Shown here piece after piece: positions 29,190-38,335 of a DNA stretch of 64,000 nucleotides. The first letter of the stretch is position 1. Each line of letters opens with the position of its first letter. The stretch comes from Actinomycetota bacterium (GTDB lineage Bacteria; Actinomycetota; Thermoleophilia; BMS3ABIN01). Where the stretch lies: assembly GCA_023489275.1 (NCBI GenBank), contig JAMDDD010000005.1:1023-65022 (forward strand), in the 5' to 3' direction. The notes under the pieces are model-generated. The model was given only the letters and a program-made list of their open reading frames with translations, did no database searches and was not told where the DNA came from. A program made the position numbers and the translations under genes.

Positions 29190-30512
29190 TCACTCCCCCC
29201 GCCGGAAAAACTCTGCCGCCGCCGTCACCGTGCGGTCCAGGTCGCCGTCGCTGTGGGCCAGCGACACAAAAGCAGCCTCAAACTGAGAGGGAGGCAAGTA
29301 AACTCCCGCCGAAAGCATGTGCTGGTAAAAACGGGCGAAGCGGCCGGTATCGCTGGTCCTGGCCGAGTTAAAATCGGCAACGGGGCCGGCGGTAAAAAAG
29401 AGCGTCATCATCGAGCCGGTCCGGTTCAGGCTTGCCTCAGGTTCACCGCCGGCAGCCGCTTTCGTGAGGCCATCCGCGAGCCGGAGCGATTTTGCTTCCA
29501 GGGCCTCATAAACGCCCGGCGCCCTTAACTCGGCCAGTGTCGCCAGTCCCGCGGCCATCGCCAGGGGGTTGCCGGAAAGCGTTCCCGCCTGGTAGGTGTT
29601 TCCCGCCGGGGCTACCGTCTCCATGATCTCCCGGCGGCCGCCAAAAGCCCCGACCGGCAGGCCACCGCCAATGATTTTGCCCAGGCAGGACAGATCCGGA
29701 GTGACGCCGTAAAGCTCCTGAGCGCCGCCGTAAGCGACTCGAAAGCCGGTCATCACTTCATCAAAGATCAAAAGGGCGCCAAATTTTAACGTCAGGTCGC
29801 GCAATCCCTGGAGGAATCCGTCCGCCGGCGAAACGACTCCCATATTGCCGGCAACCGGCTCCACGATGATCGCCGCCACCTGGTCGCCCTCGCGGTCCAT
29901 AATCTCGCTGACCGCTCCCAGGTCATTAAAGGGGGCCAGGATCGTATCGGCTGAGGCGCCGGCGGTAACGCCGGGGCTGTCAGGGAGGGACAGCGTCGCT
30001 ACACCCGATCCGGCATGGACGAGCAAGCTGTCAACAGCGCCGTGGTAACAGCCGGCGAACTTGATGATCTTTTCCCGGCCGGTGTAGCCGCGGGCCACTC
30101 TCAGCGCGCTCATGGTGGCTTCGGTGCCCGAGTTTACCATCCTGACCATCTCTACCGATGGCACCGCCCGCACAATCTGGCCGGCCAGCTCCACTTCCAG
30201 TGGCGAGGGCGCCCCAAAGCTGGTTCCATCCCGAAGCGTTTTTTCCAGCGCTTCCCGGACGGCGGGGTGGCAATGGCCCAGAATCAGCGGCCCCCAGGAC
30301 CCGACGTAATCGATATATTCGTTCCCGTCGACGTCAATCATATGGCTGCCGTCACCCCGGGTGATGAACCGCGGCTCCAGGCCCACGGGCCGCATCGCCC
30401 GCACGGGGCTGTTGACGCCGCCCGGAAGCAGCTCGAGCGCTTCCATGTACAGCTGGCGTGATTTTTCAGTTTTCAATTGGCTCCGGCTGATTTGACTTTC
30501 CTGTATATGCAT
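29190..30512 (-). CDS. hemL: Glutamate-1-semialdehyde 2,1-aminomutase
   Basis: [34 protein letters not shown] and [10 protein letters not shown] motifs. Confidence 0.95.
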   Translation of the reverse strand: MHIQESQISRSQLKTEKSRQLYMEALELLPGGVNSPVRAMRPVGLEPRFITRGDGSHMIDVDGNEYIDYVGSWGPLILGHCHPAVREALEKTLRDGTSFGAPSPLEVELAGQIVRAVPSVEMVRMVNSGTEATMSALRVARGYTGREKIIKFAGCYHGAVDSLLVHAGSGVATLSLPDSPGVTAGASADTILAPFNDLGAVSEIMDREGDQVAAIIVEPVAGNMGVVSPADGFLQGLRDLTLKFGALLIFDEVMTGFRVAYGGAQELYGVTPDLSCLGKIIGGGLPVGAFGGRREIMETVAPAGNTYQAGTLSGNPLAMAAGLATLAELRAPGVYEALEAKSLRLADGLTKAAAGGEPEASLNRTGSMMTLFFTAGPVADFNSARTSDTGRFARFYQHMLSAGVYLPPSQFEAAFVSLAHSDGDLDRTVTAAAEFFRRGE

Positions 30513-30599
30513 GCCGCGCTCACCTAAATCCGAGGCAAGAGATCGACAGACAGGCGAAACTGGAAACTTTGAATGTTCAACTTTGAGCTTTGAACTGTT

Positions 30600-31574
30600 T
30601 CATCTTCCCAGCCAGGCGGCGACGTCCCTGGCGTGGTAGGTGACGATCATGTCGGCGCCGGCGCGGCGGATCGACGTGAGCGCTTCCAGCACGGCCTGCT
30701 GTTCGTCCAGCCAGCCATTGGCGGCGGCGGCCTTGATGGCGGCATACTCGCCGCTAACGTTATACGCCGCCAGCGGAAACTTCGTCTCCTGCTTGACCCG
30801 CTGAATCACGTCCAGATAGGGCAGCGCCGGCTTGACCATAATAATGTCGGCGCCTTCGTCGATGTCGAGCAGGCATTCGCGGACGGCCTCATCGCTGTTC
30901 CGCGGGTCCATCTGGTAGGAGCGGCGGTCCCCAAATGCGGGGACTGATTCCGCCGCCTCGCGGAAAGGCCCGTAGAAAGCGGACGCATACTTGGCCGCAT
31001 AAGACATGATCGGCGTGCCCGTAAAGCCCTCATTATCAAGCGCCCCGCGAATGGCCGCCACGCGGCCGTCCATCATGTCCGACGGAGCAACTATATCTGC
31101 ACCGGCTTCGGCGTGCGAGAGCGCCATCTTGGCCAGCAATTCGAGCGTCAGGTCATTGTCAACCTGGCCGCCCTGGACGATGCCGCAATGGCCGTGGCTG
31201 GTATACTCGCACAGGCAGACGTCGGTGATCAGCACCAGCTCGGGGACTGCGTCCTTAAGGGCGGCCAGCGCCATCTGGATGATTCCTTCCTCGTCATAAG
31301 CTCCGGAACCGGCTTCGTCTTTCTGCGCCGGTATCCCGAACAGCAGGATTGCCGGGATGCCCAGCTTTAGCAGCTCCCGGGCCTCCTTCACCAGATTGTT
31401 GATCGACAGCTGGAAGCAACCCGGCATGGCGCCGACCTCGCTCCTGATATCGTTGCCGTGGGTCACGAACAGGGGATAGATGAGGCGGTCCGGCAGCAGG
31501 TCAGTCTCCCGCACCAGGTTTCTGATCTGGGGGGTCTGCCGCAGGCGCCTCATCCTATATGCGGGAAAGTACAC
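30600..31574 (-). CDS. hemB: Porphobilinogen synthase
   Basis: [33 protein letters not shown] and MVKPA motifs. Confidence 0.96.
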   Translation of the reverse strand: MYFPAYRMRRLRQTPQIRNLVRETDLLPDRLIYPLFVTHGNDIRSEVGAMPGCFQLSINNLVKEARELLKLGIPAILLFGIPAQKDEAGSGAYDEEGIIQMALAALKDAVPELVLITDVCLCEYTSHGHCGIVQGGQVDNDLTLELLAKMALSHAEAGADIVAPSDMMDGRVAAIRGALDNEGFTGTPIMSYAAKYASAFYGPFREAAESVPAFGDRRSYQMDPRNSDEAVRECLLDIDEGADIIMVKPALPYLDVIQRVKQETKFPLAAYNVSGEYAAIKAAAANGWLDEQQAVLEALTSIRRAGADMIVTYHARDVAAWLGR

Positions 31575-31693
31575 TCAGGGCTCCTTCAACTTTCAAAGCG
31601 AATCTCCGGTTTCATCGTTAACGCTTCCACCGCCGCTTTTTTAAAAACCGGCGCGTTAACCCGTCGCACCATCCGTAATATTAACGGAAAAAA

Positions 31694-32482
31694 TCATCCT
31701 CTGCCCAGCCGGTCTTCCAGCTTTCCCAGGATTTTCCCCACCTCGGCGGCGTAGGCGGGAGCCGCGTCATAGGGAGATTCTTCATCGAGATCGGCCGTCC
31801 GGACGCTGCTGTCAAACGGCAGGCACCCGAGGACGTCGTAATTTTGCTCCAGATCACGGCAAAAACCGGCATCGTCATCAGTTACCTTGTTGATGATTAA
31901 AAAGAGGCGGGAAATGCCTATCTCTCCGGCAAGCCGGGTAATGTCATCGGCCGTCTGCAGACTGCGCTTCCCAGGCTCGGCGACGATCAGCATGGCGTCA
32001 ACGCCGCGAGCCGTCGCCCGGCCCAGATGCTCGATGCCGGCTTCCATATCGACGATCACGACATCCTTTTCTGCCAGCATCAGGTGCGACAGCAACGATT
32101 TAAGCAGCGCCGATTCAGGGCAGATACAGCCACCGCCGCCCGTCATGACCGTCCCCAGTTTCAGCAGCCTCACCCCTTGGGCTTCCACTGACATCGCCGC
32201 CGGGATGTCATCGACGCGCGGGTTCATCTTGAAAACAGGCGCCAGCGATCCAGGCTCGGCCCCTGTCCTTTCCCTGATCAGGTCTTTCATCGCCGAGATG
32301 GGTGTGATCGCCGCCGCGGCCGCTGGCGTGGCGCCGACCGCCCCGGCAAGGTTGGCGTCGGGATCGGCGTCAACGGCAATGACCCGCAGGCCGCGCGCGG
32401 CCATGATCCTCGCGAGCGTTCCGGCGATCGTTGTCTTGCCCACGCCACCTTTCCCGGTTACAGCCAGTTTCAATCCGGCCAA
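31694..32482 (-). CDS. cooC: CooC-type nickel-insertion ATPase
   Basis: GKGGVGKTT, DADPDANL, GGGCIC and DMEAGIEHLGR motifs. Confidence 0.9.
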   Translation of the reverse strand: MAGLKLAVTGKGGVGKTTIAGTLARIMAARGLRVIAVDADPDANLAGAVGATPAAAAAITPISAMKDLIRERTGAEPGSLAPVFKMNPRVDDIPAAMSVEAQGVRLLKLGTVMTGGGGCICPESALLKSLLSHLMLAEKDVVIVDMEAGIEHLGRATARGVDAMLIVAEPGKRSLQTADDITRLAGEIGISRLFLIINKVTDDDAGFCRDLEQNYDVLGCLPFDSSVRTADLDEESPYDAAPAYAAEVGKILGKLEDRLGRG

Positions 32483-33112
32483 ATCGTTCCTCCAGTGGTT
32501 TTTTTGGATTGTTCCATATACAGATTACCCGATTGACGCCAAACAAATATAGTTATTATCATATTTTAATAAGATATCAAGACACGGGAAAGTATTATTT
32601 CCCACCAGCTGCGTTTCCTCAACCGGCCATTTTTCAGCAGGAAAAAGGCCTGACAAAATCAGTCAAAAATTGCGAAAAGTGCTGCTTATGGCAATACCCC
32701 GGGGGGCTTATAGTGGACCAAATTTGAGTTTGCTTAATCATGAATATAAATAATATGCATCATGTAAAAAGCGAATATTAGAGTAAACTTCTTGCATTAA
32801 GAGCGTCTTTATCAACTATCTGTGGTGCATGGTAGCGCAGTAACGGTGGTTGGGTAAGACTTGATCTTGACCGGCTAACGCGGAAACTGGCCCCGGTGGA
32901 GTTACCCGGTCTTCTGATATGCGAGTCAGCTCATGAATTTGAGGCCCTTCTTTTCCGGAACCGTTAATGTGTTCCCGCGACCCCGGATCTTGGGCGCTCT
33001 GGAGGTCCAGGAAAACGTCTACTCGGGGGAGTAGGAGGTGATGGAAAGGTTTAATGCAGAAAGTTGTTTTCAGCCCTAACCAGAATTCGACTAGGAGGAG
33101 GAGGGTGAAGGA

Positions 33113-36100
33113 ATGAAGAGCAGTTTCGGAGGTAATCGCAAGCTGCGGATCCTGTTGGTTATCGCTCCGCTGGCTTTGCTGATAATCCTGGCGGTAGCAA
33201 CGCTGGGGCTTTCCAGCGGCGCCGCGGTGACTCAATATCAAAGTACGGCTGTACCGGGCAATTACGGCGTCAGCAACCAGATGCTTTATGTCGCCAACGG
33301 CACCGACAGCAATGTCAAGGTAATTGACGTGGGCAGCATGAGTGTCGTCGACACCGTTCCGGTGCCGGCCCAGCCGGACGGCCTGCAGGGCCTCGGCTTG
33401 AACTGGGAGGTCCACGGCGTTGTCCCGTCGGCCGACAGAAGCAGCCTCTACACGGTGGGCGCTCTCTCGGGCGGCTACTTAAATGGCAGCAATTGTGACG
33501 GCGGCTGCGGTTATCACATTTCCCAGATCAACACCAAGACCAAAACTGAGATTAGGACCATCCCGCTGCCGACCGCCGCTTACGACCCGGTTGGCTACTG
33601 CGGCCTGGAGTACAACCTCAACAACGTCAACTCGAACTACCTGATCGCGGCAACAATGAACACCACGGACGCCAATCTGACGAACATGTTTGGCGCCCCG
33701 AATCTGGGTCGCACGCCGCAGCAAATGTTAGGCGGCTGGGCCAGTGTCAACCTGACTACCGGCTCGTCCACGTTCCTGAGCACCGACCAGAACGGCGACG
33801 GAGAATCAGGCACCTGCGGTATCGCCTGGAACGCCGCCGGCACGAAGGGCTACGCCTCGCAGATGTTCTCGCCGTTCATCGCCACGATCAACTGGGATGC
33901 GGCCACGGCCACCGGCACGCTCACGGGCTCGGCCATCGACGCTCCCGCCAACAGCGGCATGTATCATCAGGAAACAACAGACCCGTCCACCAATACCCTG
34001 TATGCGGCGAACGAGCAGCTCATCGATGTGATCGACATGAACACCGATACACGGATCACCACCATCGACATGTCCAAGCTGCTGGGCGCTACGGCTCCGC
34101 TGCATACGCATTCTGTGGACTTCACCGATGCGGGCGGCCACAAGGTGCTGTACGCGACGGTGCGGGATTATCCCGACAACAGCCAGGCAAGCATCGTGGC
34201 GCTTGACGTCAGCAATGTAAACAGCCCGGTAGTGATCGGTGAGACCCAGGGTCTTAACTACGAAGCCTGCGGCGTCTACGCCGATCCCAATAAGAGCCTG
34301 TACTACAAGGCTTCGGGGATCATCAGCGGCGCTCAGAGCGCTGCCGACGCCGTATATGGCATAACGGTTACCGCCGGTGGCAGCAATTACACTTCGGTGC
34401 CGACGGTGACGATCAGCGGCGGTGGCGGCAGCGGCGCCAGCGCGTCAGTCAGCGTTTATAACGGTTCTGTCAACGCCATCAACCTCCTCTCCGGCGGCGG
34501 CGGCTACACCACCGCTCCGACGGTGACGATCAGCGGCGGTGGCGGCAGCGGCGCGACGGCGACGGCTTCGATCGTCCCGGTTGCTCCGTTCAACCATAAC
34601 GCTCTCGCTAACGACCTGCTGTTCATCGCCGGCGGCCGCGACAGCAACGTCAAGGTCGTCGACCCGAGCTCGATGAGCATCGTGGACAAGATCCCGGTGC
34701 CGGACGAGGTCACGCCTGGTACGCCGGGAAATCCGACCACCTGCGTCAACTTGCCCTACTATGGCTGCACCAACCTGTACAGCCTCAATCCTGCCTTGAT
34801 GGATTGGGAGGTCCATGGTGTTTCTGTTTCGCCCGACCGCACCAAGATCTATGCGCAGGGCGCCCTCTCCGGCGGCAGTTACGCGACGCCGGGCGACTTA
34901 AACAGCACGTTCAACGTGGGCGACTACAAGCTGTACACGATCGGCACGGCGGATAAGCAGCTCCAGCGCGCAGATTCCCTGCAGCAGGCCAGTGACCCGG
35001 TAAATCCGGTTGGCTTCTGCGGCATGGAATACGACCTGAATAACGAGAACGCGAACTACATGATCTCGACATCGATGAACGCCAGCAACGCCACGCTCAA
35101 AGGCGCTCTGAGCGGCGCCGATCTCTCGAACGTGCGCGGCAGCGGTTATAACGAGCACGGCGGTTGGTACATCTTCAACCTGTCGACGCATCAGAACGTC
35201 AGCTTCCTCGACACGTACGATTCGGCGGCGGGCGAGGTCAACAATGAGTCCTCCACCTGCGGCATTGCCTGGAATGCGAGCGGCACGAACGCTTACGCAT
35301 CGCAGATGTTCCAGCCGTTTATCGACACAATAAGCTGGACGCCGGAGGCCGGGACTAATCCGCCCAGTGGTACTGTGACCGGCAACCTGACGCTGACGTC
35401 AGAAGCAAGTGGCGGCATGCACCAGGAATCCTCGGATAAAACGAATGGAATCCTGTATGTAAGCGATGATAGCGGTTATCTGGATGCTTATAGCATGACT
35501 ACTAACACAGCGATTGGCGAGATCAACATTCGCGGCCTCACCGGTTCGCCGAATGTTATGGTCCACAGCGTTGAGGTGTCTCCGAGCGACCCAAGCGTCA
35601 TCTATGTGCAGGGTCATGACTTGCCAGAAAATCCGGCAGGCACGGTCGATCCGGACAAGGGCGCCACTGAAGGCGGCGTTGCTGTCATCAAGATCGACGA
35701 CTTCGCAAACCCGGGCAGCTCGGCGCACGTGCTGGGAATCATCCCGGATATGGGCTATAACTCCTGCGGCGTGTATGCGATCCCCGACAAATCAACCTGG
35801 CAGGCAGTCCAGAACGCGGTCAAGCCAGCGCTGTCACTGACAAAGGGCAACGTGTACTGGGCCTCGTACAGCGACTATACGAACCACCAGCTGTCGGTTG
35901 ACTTCACGGTCAACGCGGCAGCGACAAGCTCGGCGGCGAGCGGCGTGCAGATTACCGGCGCCACCTTCGACCGGGCCGGCGTGTCCCTGGCAACCCCGAT
36001 GCCGCTTTCGCTTGGCGATTTCGGCGCCGGCGGCAGCGCCTCGTTCACGCTCAAGTACGACGTTTCCAGCCTGGTTGGCAACGTGTTCAAGACAACCACC

Positions 36101-36139
36101 GATGCATCTGCCGATGGCGGCGCGTGGACCTATCCCTAA
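33113..36139 (+). CDS. Secreted 1008-aa protein: two homologous YVTN/YncE-like beta-propellers, a Gly-rich repeat linker and the shared C-terminal YWAS..TYP domain
   Basis: Strong RBS and N-terminal signal/TM segment. Internal duplication of DSNVKV, WEVHGV, CG.EY, TCGIAWNA, YASQMF, HQE, HSV and CGVYA. Confidence 0.8.
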   Translation: MKSSFGGNRKLRILLVIAPLALLIILAVATLGLSSGAAVTQYQSTAVPGNYGVSNQMLYVANGTDSNVKVIDVGSMSVVDTVPVPAQPDGLQGLGLNWEVHGVVPSADRSSLYTVGALSGGYLNGSNCDGGCGYHISQINTKTKTEIRTIPLPTAAYDPVGYCGLEYNLNNVNSNYLIAATMNTTDANLTNMFGAPNLGRTPQQMLGGWASVNLTTGSSTFLSTDQNGDGESGTCGIAWNAAGTKGYASQMFSPFIATINWDAATATGTLTGSAIDAPANSGMYHQETTDPSTNTLYAANEQLIDVIDMNTDTRITTIDMSKLLGATAPLHTHSVDFTDAGGHKVLYATVRDYPDNSQASIVALDVSNVNSPVVIGETQGLNYEACGVYADPNKSLYYKASGIISGAQSAADAVYGITVTAGGSNYTSVPTVTISGGGGSGASASVSVYNGSVNAINLLSGGGGYTTAPTVTISGGGGSGATATASIVPVAPFNHNALANDLLFIAGGRDSNVKVVDPSSMSIVDKIPVPDEVTPGTPGNPTTCVNLPYYGCTNLYSLNPALMDWEVHGVSVSPDRTKIYAQGALSGGSYATPGDLNSTFNVGDYKLYTIGTADKQLQRADSLQQASDPVNPVGFCGMEYDLNNENANYMISTSMNASNATLKGALSGADLSNVRGSGYNEHGGWYIFNLSTHQNVSFLDTYDSAAGEVNNESSTCGIAWNASGTNAYASQMFQPFIDTISWTPEAGTNPPSGTVTGNLTLTSEASGGMHQESSDKTNGILYVSDDSGYLDAYSMTTNTAIGEINIRGLTGSPNVMVHSVEVSPSDPSVIYVQGHDLPENPAGTVDPDKGATEGGVAVIKIDDFANPGSSAHVLGIIPDMGYNSCGVYAIPDKSTWQAVQNAVKPALSLTKGNVYWASYSDYTNHQLSVDFTVNAAATSSAASGVQITGATFDRAGVSLATPMPLSLGDFGAGGSASFTLKYDVSSLVGNVFKTTTDASADGGAWTYP
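34400..34554 (+). repeat. 38-bp direct repeat encoding PTVTISGGGGSGA
   Basis: CCGACGGTGACGATCAGCGGCGGTGGCGGCAGCGGCGC at 34400-34437 and 34517-34554, a 117-nt (39-aa) period. Confidence 0.9.
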
Positions 36140-36201
36140 ATGAGCGGGACTAGGGAAAACGGAGAACGTCATTGATCAAGCTAAGTAAAAAGGAGAACGT
36201 T

Positions 36202-36327
36202 ATGGCTAAGAAAAGCCAGCGGGAGCCTTACGCTAAGCCTGAGCTGGTGAAGCACGAGAACCTGAAGGAAATTACCTTCGAGTGCTCGGGCTGGCAGTGC
36301 AGCGTAGTGGTTCCGTCAGCGCCGTAA
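36202..36327 (+). CDS. 41-aa RiPP-like precursor peptide, copy 1 (MAKKSQREPYAKPELVKHENLKEITFECSGWQCSVVVPSAP)
   Basis: AAGGAG RBS, a near-identical paralog at 40272 differing mostly synonymously, and a YxxPxL..T leader motif. Confidence 0.85.
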   Translation: MAKKSQREPYAKPELVKHENLKEITFECSGWQCSVVVPSAP

Positions 36328-36362
36328 AACGGCGAAGAGAAAGCAGGACGATAGCAACGAAA

Positions 36363-36395
36363 CGGGAGGGCCGGCCTCGCGGGCCGGCCCTCCCG
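36363..36395 (+). terminator. 14-bp GC-rich hairpin after peptide 1
   Basis: CGGGAGGGCCGGCC-TCGCG-GGCCGGCCCTCCCG; no U-tract on the plus strand. Confidence 0.65.
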
Positions 36396-36485
36396 AAAAC
36401 TTGACAGATCGGCGGGCAAGTTTGGCGGATTTGCCGTATAATTAAAAACTGCTTTTCCGCAACCAGAAGAAGGAGAACGTATCGC

Positions 36486-37070
36486 ATGAAAGCTGTAGCA
36501 GGCCAGAACCGGAACGGGAAATGGAGAGGTTCACAGGGAATGATGGCGGTGGCCGCGATGGCGCTGCTTGCCTTCACCATCATCATCGCGGGATGCGGCG
36601 GGGGGTCTGGAAACACAACAGCCTCACAGCTTAATAGCAAGTCAACAGGCACAACAGGGAAAACAGTGGCCTCAACACACAAAACTGGCACGACCGCTAC
36701 TGTTCCCGGGGTTATGGGAAACCAGCAGGTGCTGGCCGGATATACCGCGGACCAGTGCATGTCCGACTTGACGGCGCGGTACGGAAGCAGTGACGTTGCC
36801 GCTCAGGCATGCGCCCAGATCAACAAGGATTACGGAAGTTCCGTGCCCCGCAGCCAGCTAACCACCACTGTTTTGCCTAAAATCGAGCAGCAACATCCGA
36901 ACTGGAAACCGGTGCAGCCGGGAACTCCGCCGCCGTCGCCCGCACCGTCTCAACCGACGTCTGGCGGGCAGTCGCCGCCAGGAGGATCGGGCGGCACGAG
37001 CACGGGCGGCTGGTCCGGCGGCGGTATTCCGATCACGGTGCCGGGGCAGCCCGGAGGTAACGGCCCCTAA
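36486..37070 (+). CDS. Lipoprotein with a small Cys-paired domain and a Pro/Gly-rich tail
   Basis: AAGGAG RBS, lipobox IIAGC, Thr-rich linker, DQC...QAC pair, C-terminus GGWSGGGIPITVPGQPGGNGP. Confidence 0.7.
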   Translation: MKAVAGQNRNGKWRGSQGMMAVAAMALLAFTIIIAGCGGGSGNTTASQLNSKSTGTTGKTVASTHKTGTTATVPGVMGNQQVLAGYTADQCMSDLTARYGSSDVAAQACAQINKDYGSSVPRSQLTTTVLPKIEQQHPNWKPVQPGTPPPSPAPSQPTSGGQSPPGGSGGTSTGGWSGGGIPITVPGQPGGNGP

Positions 37071-37099
37071 GGCCGGACGGCCGGCGCGGCCCAGCGACA

Positions 37100-38149
37100 A
37101 TGACAGGTTATAAGGGGAAGAAAATGCTTGACAGTCTAAGTGAGATCATGGGTCAACGGTTCAGCGACGCCAAGCCAAATGCGGCGACGTATGACGTGCA
37201 CGGCGTCGTCACAAAAGTCTATGCGGATGACCATCTGCTGGCGCTGGCGATCCAGGATTTCCTGAGGCCTTTCCGCGGCCTGCCGGGCGCAGAGCCGGAC
37301 ATCGAGTTCTATCTCCTGACCAAGCCGGATGGCGACAAGGATGCCGGCGGCAGCTTCCGGGCAGCGGAGCTCCTGTATGACTGGAAGGTCCTCCGCTACA
37401 GCCGGGAAGGCCAGCTGCGGTATCAGGAAGTGCCCGGCGCCGGCTCGGTCGCGGCGGATCTCGATGCCGGACTGGCAGTGGCATTTGTGGATAGTGGCAT
37501 GTCGGCGCGGGCCTGGTCTGTGGCGCATGTGATCTTCTTCCCGATCTGGGCTCAGCTTCTGAAGGTAAAAGGCCTTTTCCCCGTGCATGCGGCCGGCATG
37601 GAGCGGCAGGGGTGCGGTCTTCTCTTTCCCGGAAGGAGCGGCAGCGGAAAGTCCACCCTGTCATTGCAGCTCTTGCGGCGCGGCTTCCGGCTGCTGGGAG
37701 ACGATACGGTCTTTGTCAGGGCAAATTCCCATGATGGTGCGGACATGCTCTTCTTTCCGGAGGAAGTTGATGTCTGCCCGGAGACGGTGGACCTGTTCCC
37801 CCAGCTGGCTTTGGCGCGAAATCTGACCGAGGATCGCTGGCAGCCCAAGACCAGGGTGAATCTCGGCGATGTCAGATCGAGCCAGGTGATCGAATCTGCG
37901 GCAGTCAACCTGCTCGTATTCCCGGTTATCGCCCGCGACGGCTGCACGCGTTACGAACGGATCGGGCAGACGGAGGCCCTGGCGGAGCTGATTCTGTTCG
38001 CCTTCCTGTTTATGGACCCGGAGACCAGCAAGGAAAACTTTGGTCTGCTGGCGGGTCTGGTGCGCAGGGCAGGCTGTTTCCGGCTCCACATGGGCCTGGA
38101 CGGCGGTGAGCTTGCCAAAGCTGTTGACGAAATGGTAGCTAGAGTATAA
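37100..38149 (+). CDS. HPr kinase-related P-loop kinase
   Basis: VHAAG, Walker A GRSGSGKST and LLGDDTVFV follow the HprK/PEPCK-like kinase pattern. Start may be 37124. Confidence 0.75.
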   Translation: MTGYKGKKMLDSLSEIMGQRFSDAKPNAATYDVHGVVTKVYADDHLLALAIQDFLRPFRGLPGAEPDIEFYLLTKPDGDKDAGGSFRAAELLYDWKVLRYSREGQLRYQEVPGAGSVAADLDAGLAVAFVDSGMSARAWSVAHVIFFPIWAQLLKVKGLFPVHAAGMERQGCGLLFPGRSGSGKSTLSLQLLRRGFRLLGDDTVFVRANSHDGADMLFFPEEVDVCPETVDLFPQLALARNLTEDRWQPKTRVNLGDVRSSQVIESAAVNLLVFPVIARDGCTRYERIGQTEALAELILFAFLFMDPETSKENFGLLAGLVRRAGCFRLHMGLDGGELAKAVDEMVARV

Positions 38150-38152
38150 AAT
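38124..38152 (+). promoter_or_regulatory. Sigma70-type promoter for the rhodanese-protein cassette
   Basis: TTGACG-N17-TAAAAT overlapping the end of the kinase gene. Confidence 0.5.
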
Positions 38153-38335
38153 TAGCTGCCTTATCCGGCGCAGCCGGGGCGCCGGGTGGTTGGCAAGCTT
38201 GGGGGCTTGCCGCAATCCCGAAGCAGCGACCATCGCTGCGGCAGGAAAAAGGAGGGGTGGGACCGCTTAATGGCCGCGGGCCCGCACAAAGTCCGCTCCT
38301 AGCGGAAAAAACACTAGAGGATGAAGGGAGGAAGT

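Noticed and set aside
32694-32708. CsoR/CstR-like operator ATACCCCGGGGGGCT
   Set aside because: The palindrome is imperfect, no cognate regulator is in the window, and it could occur by chance.
33054-33116. 20-codon uORF (MQKVVFSPNQNSTRRRRVKE) with four AGG codons overlapping the propeller start
   Set aside because: The AGG run is simply the Shine-Dalgarno sequence of the main gene; there is no independent support for translation.
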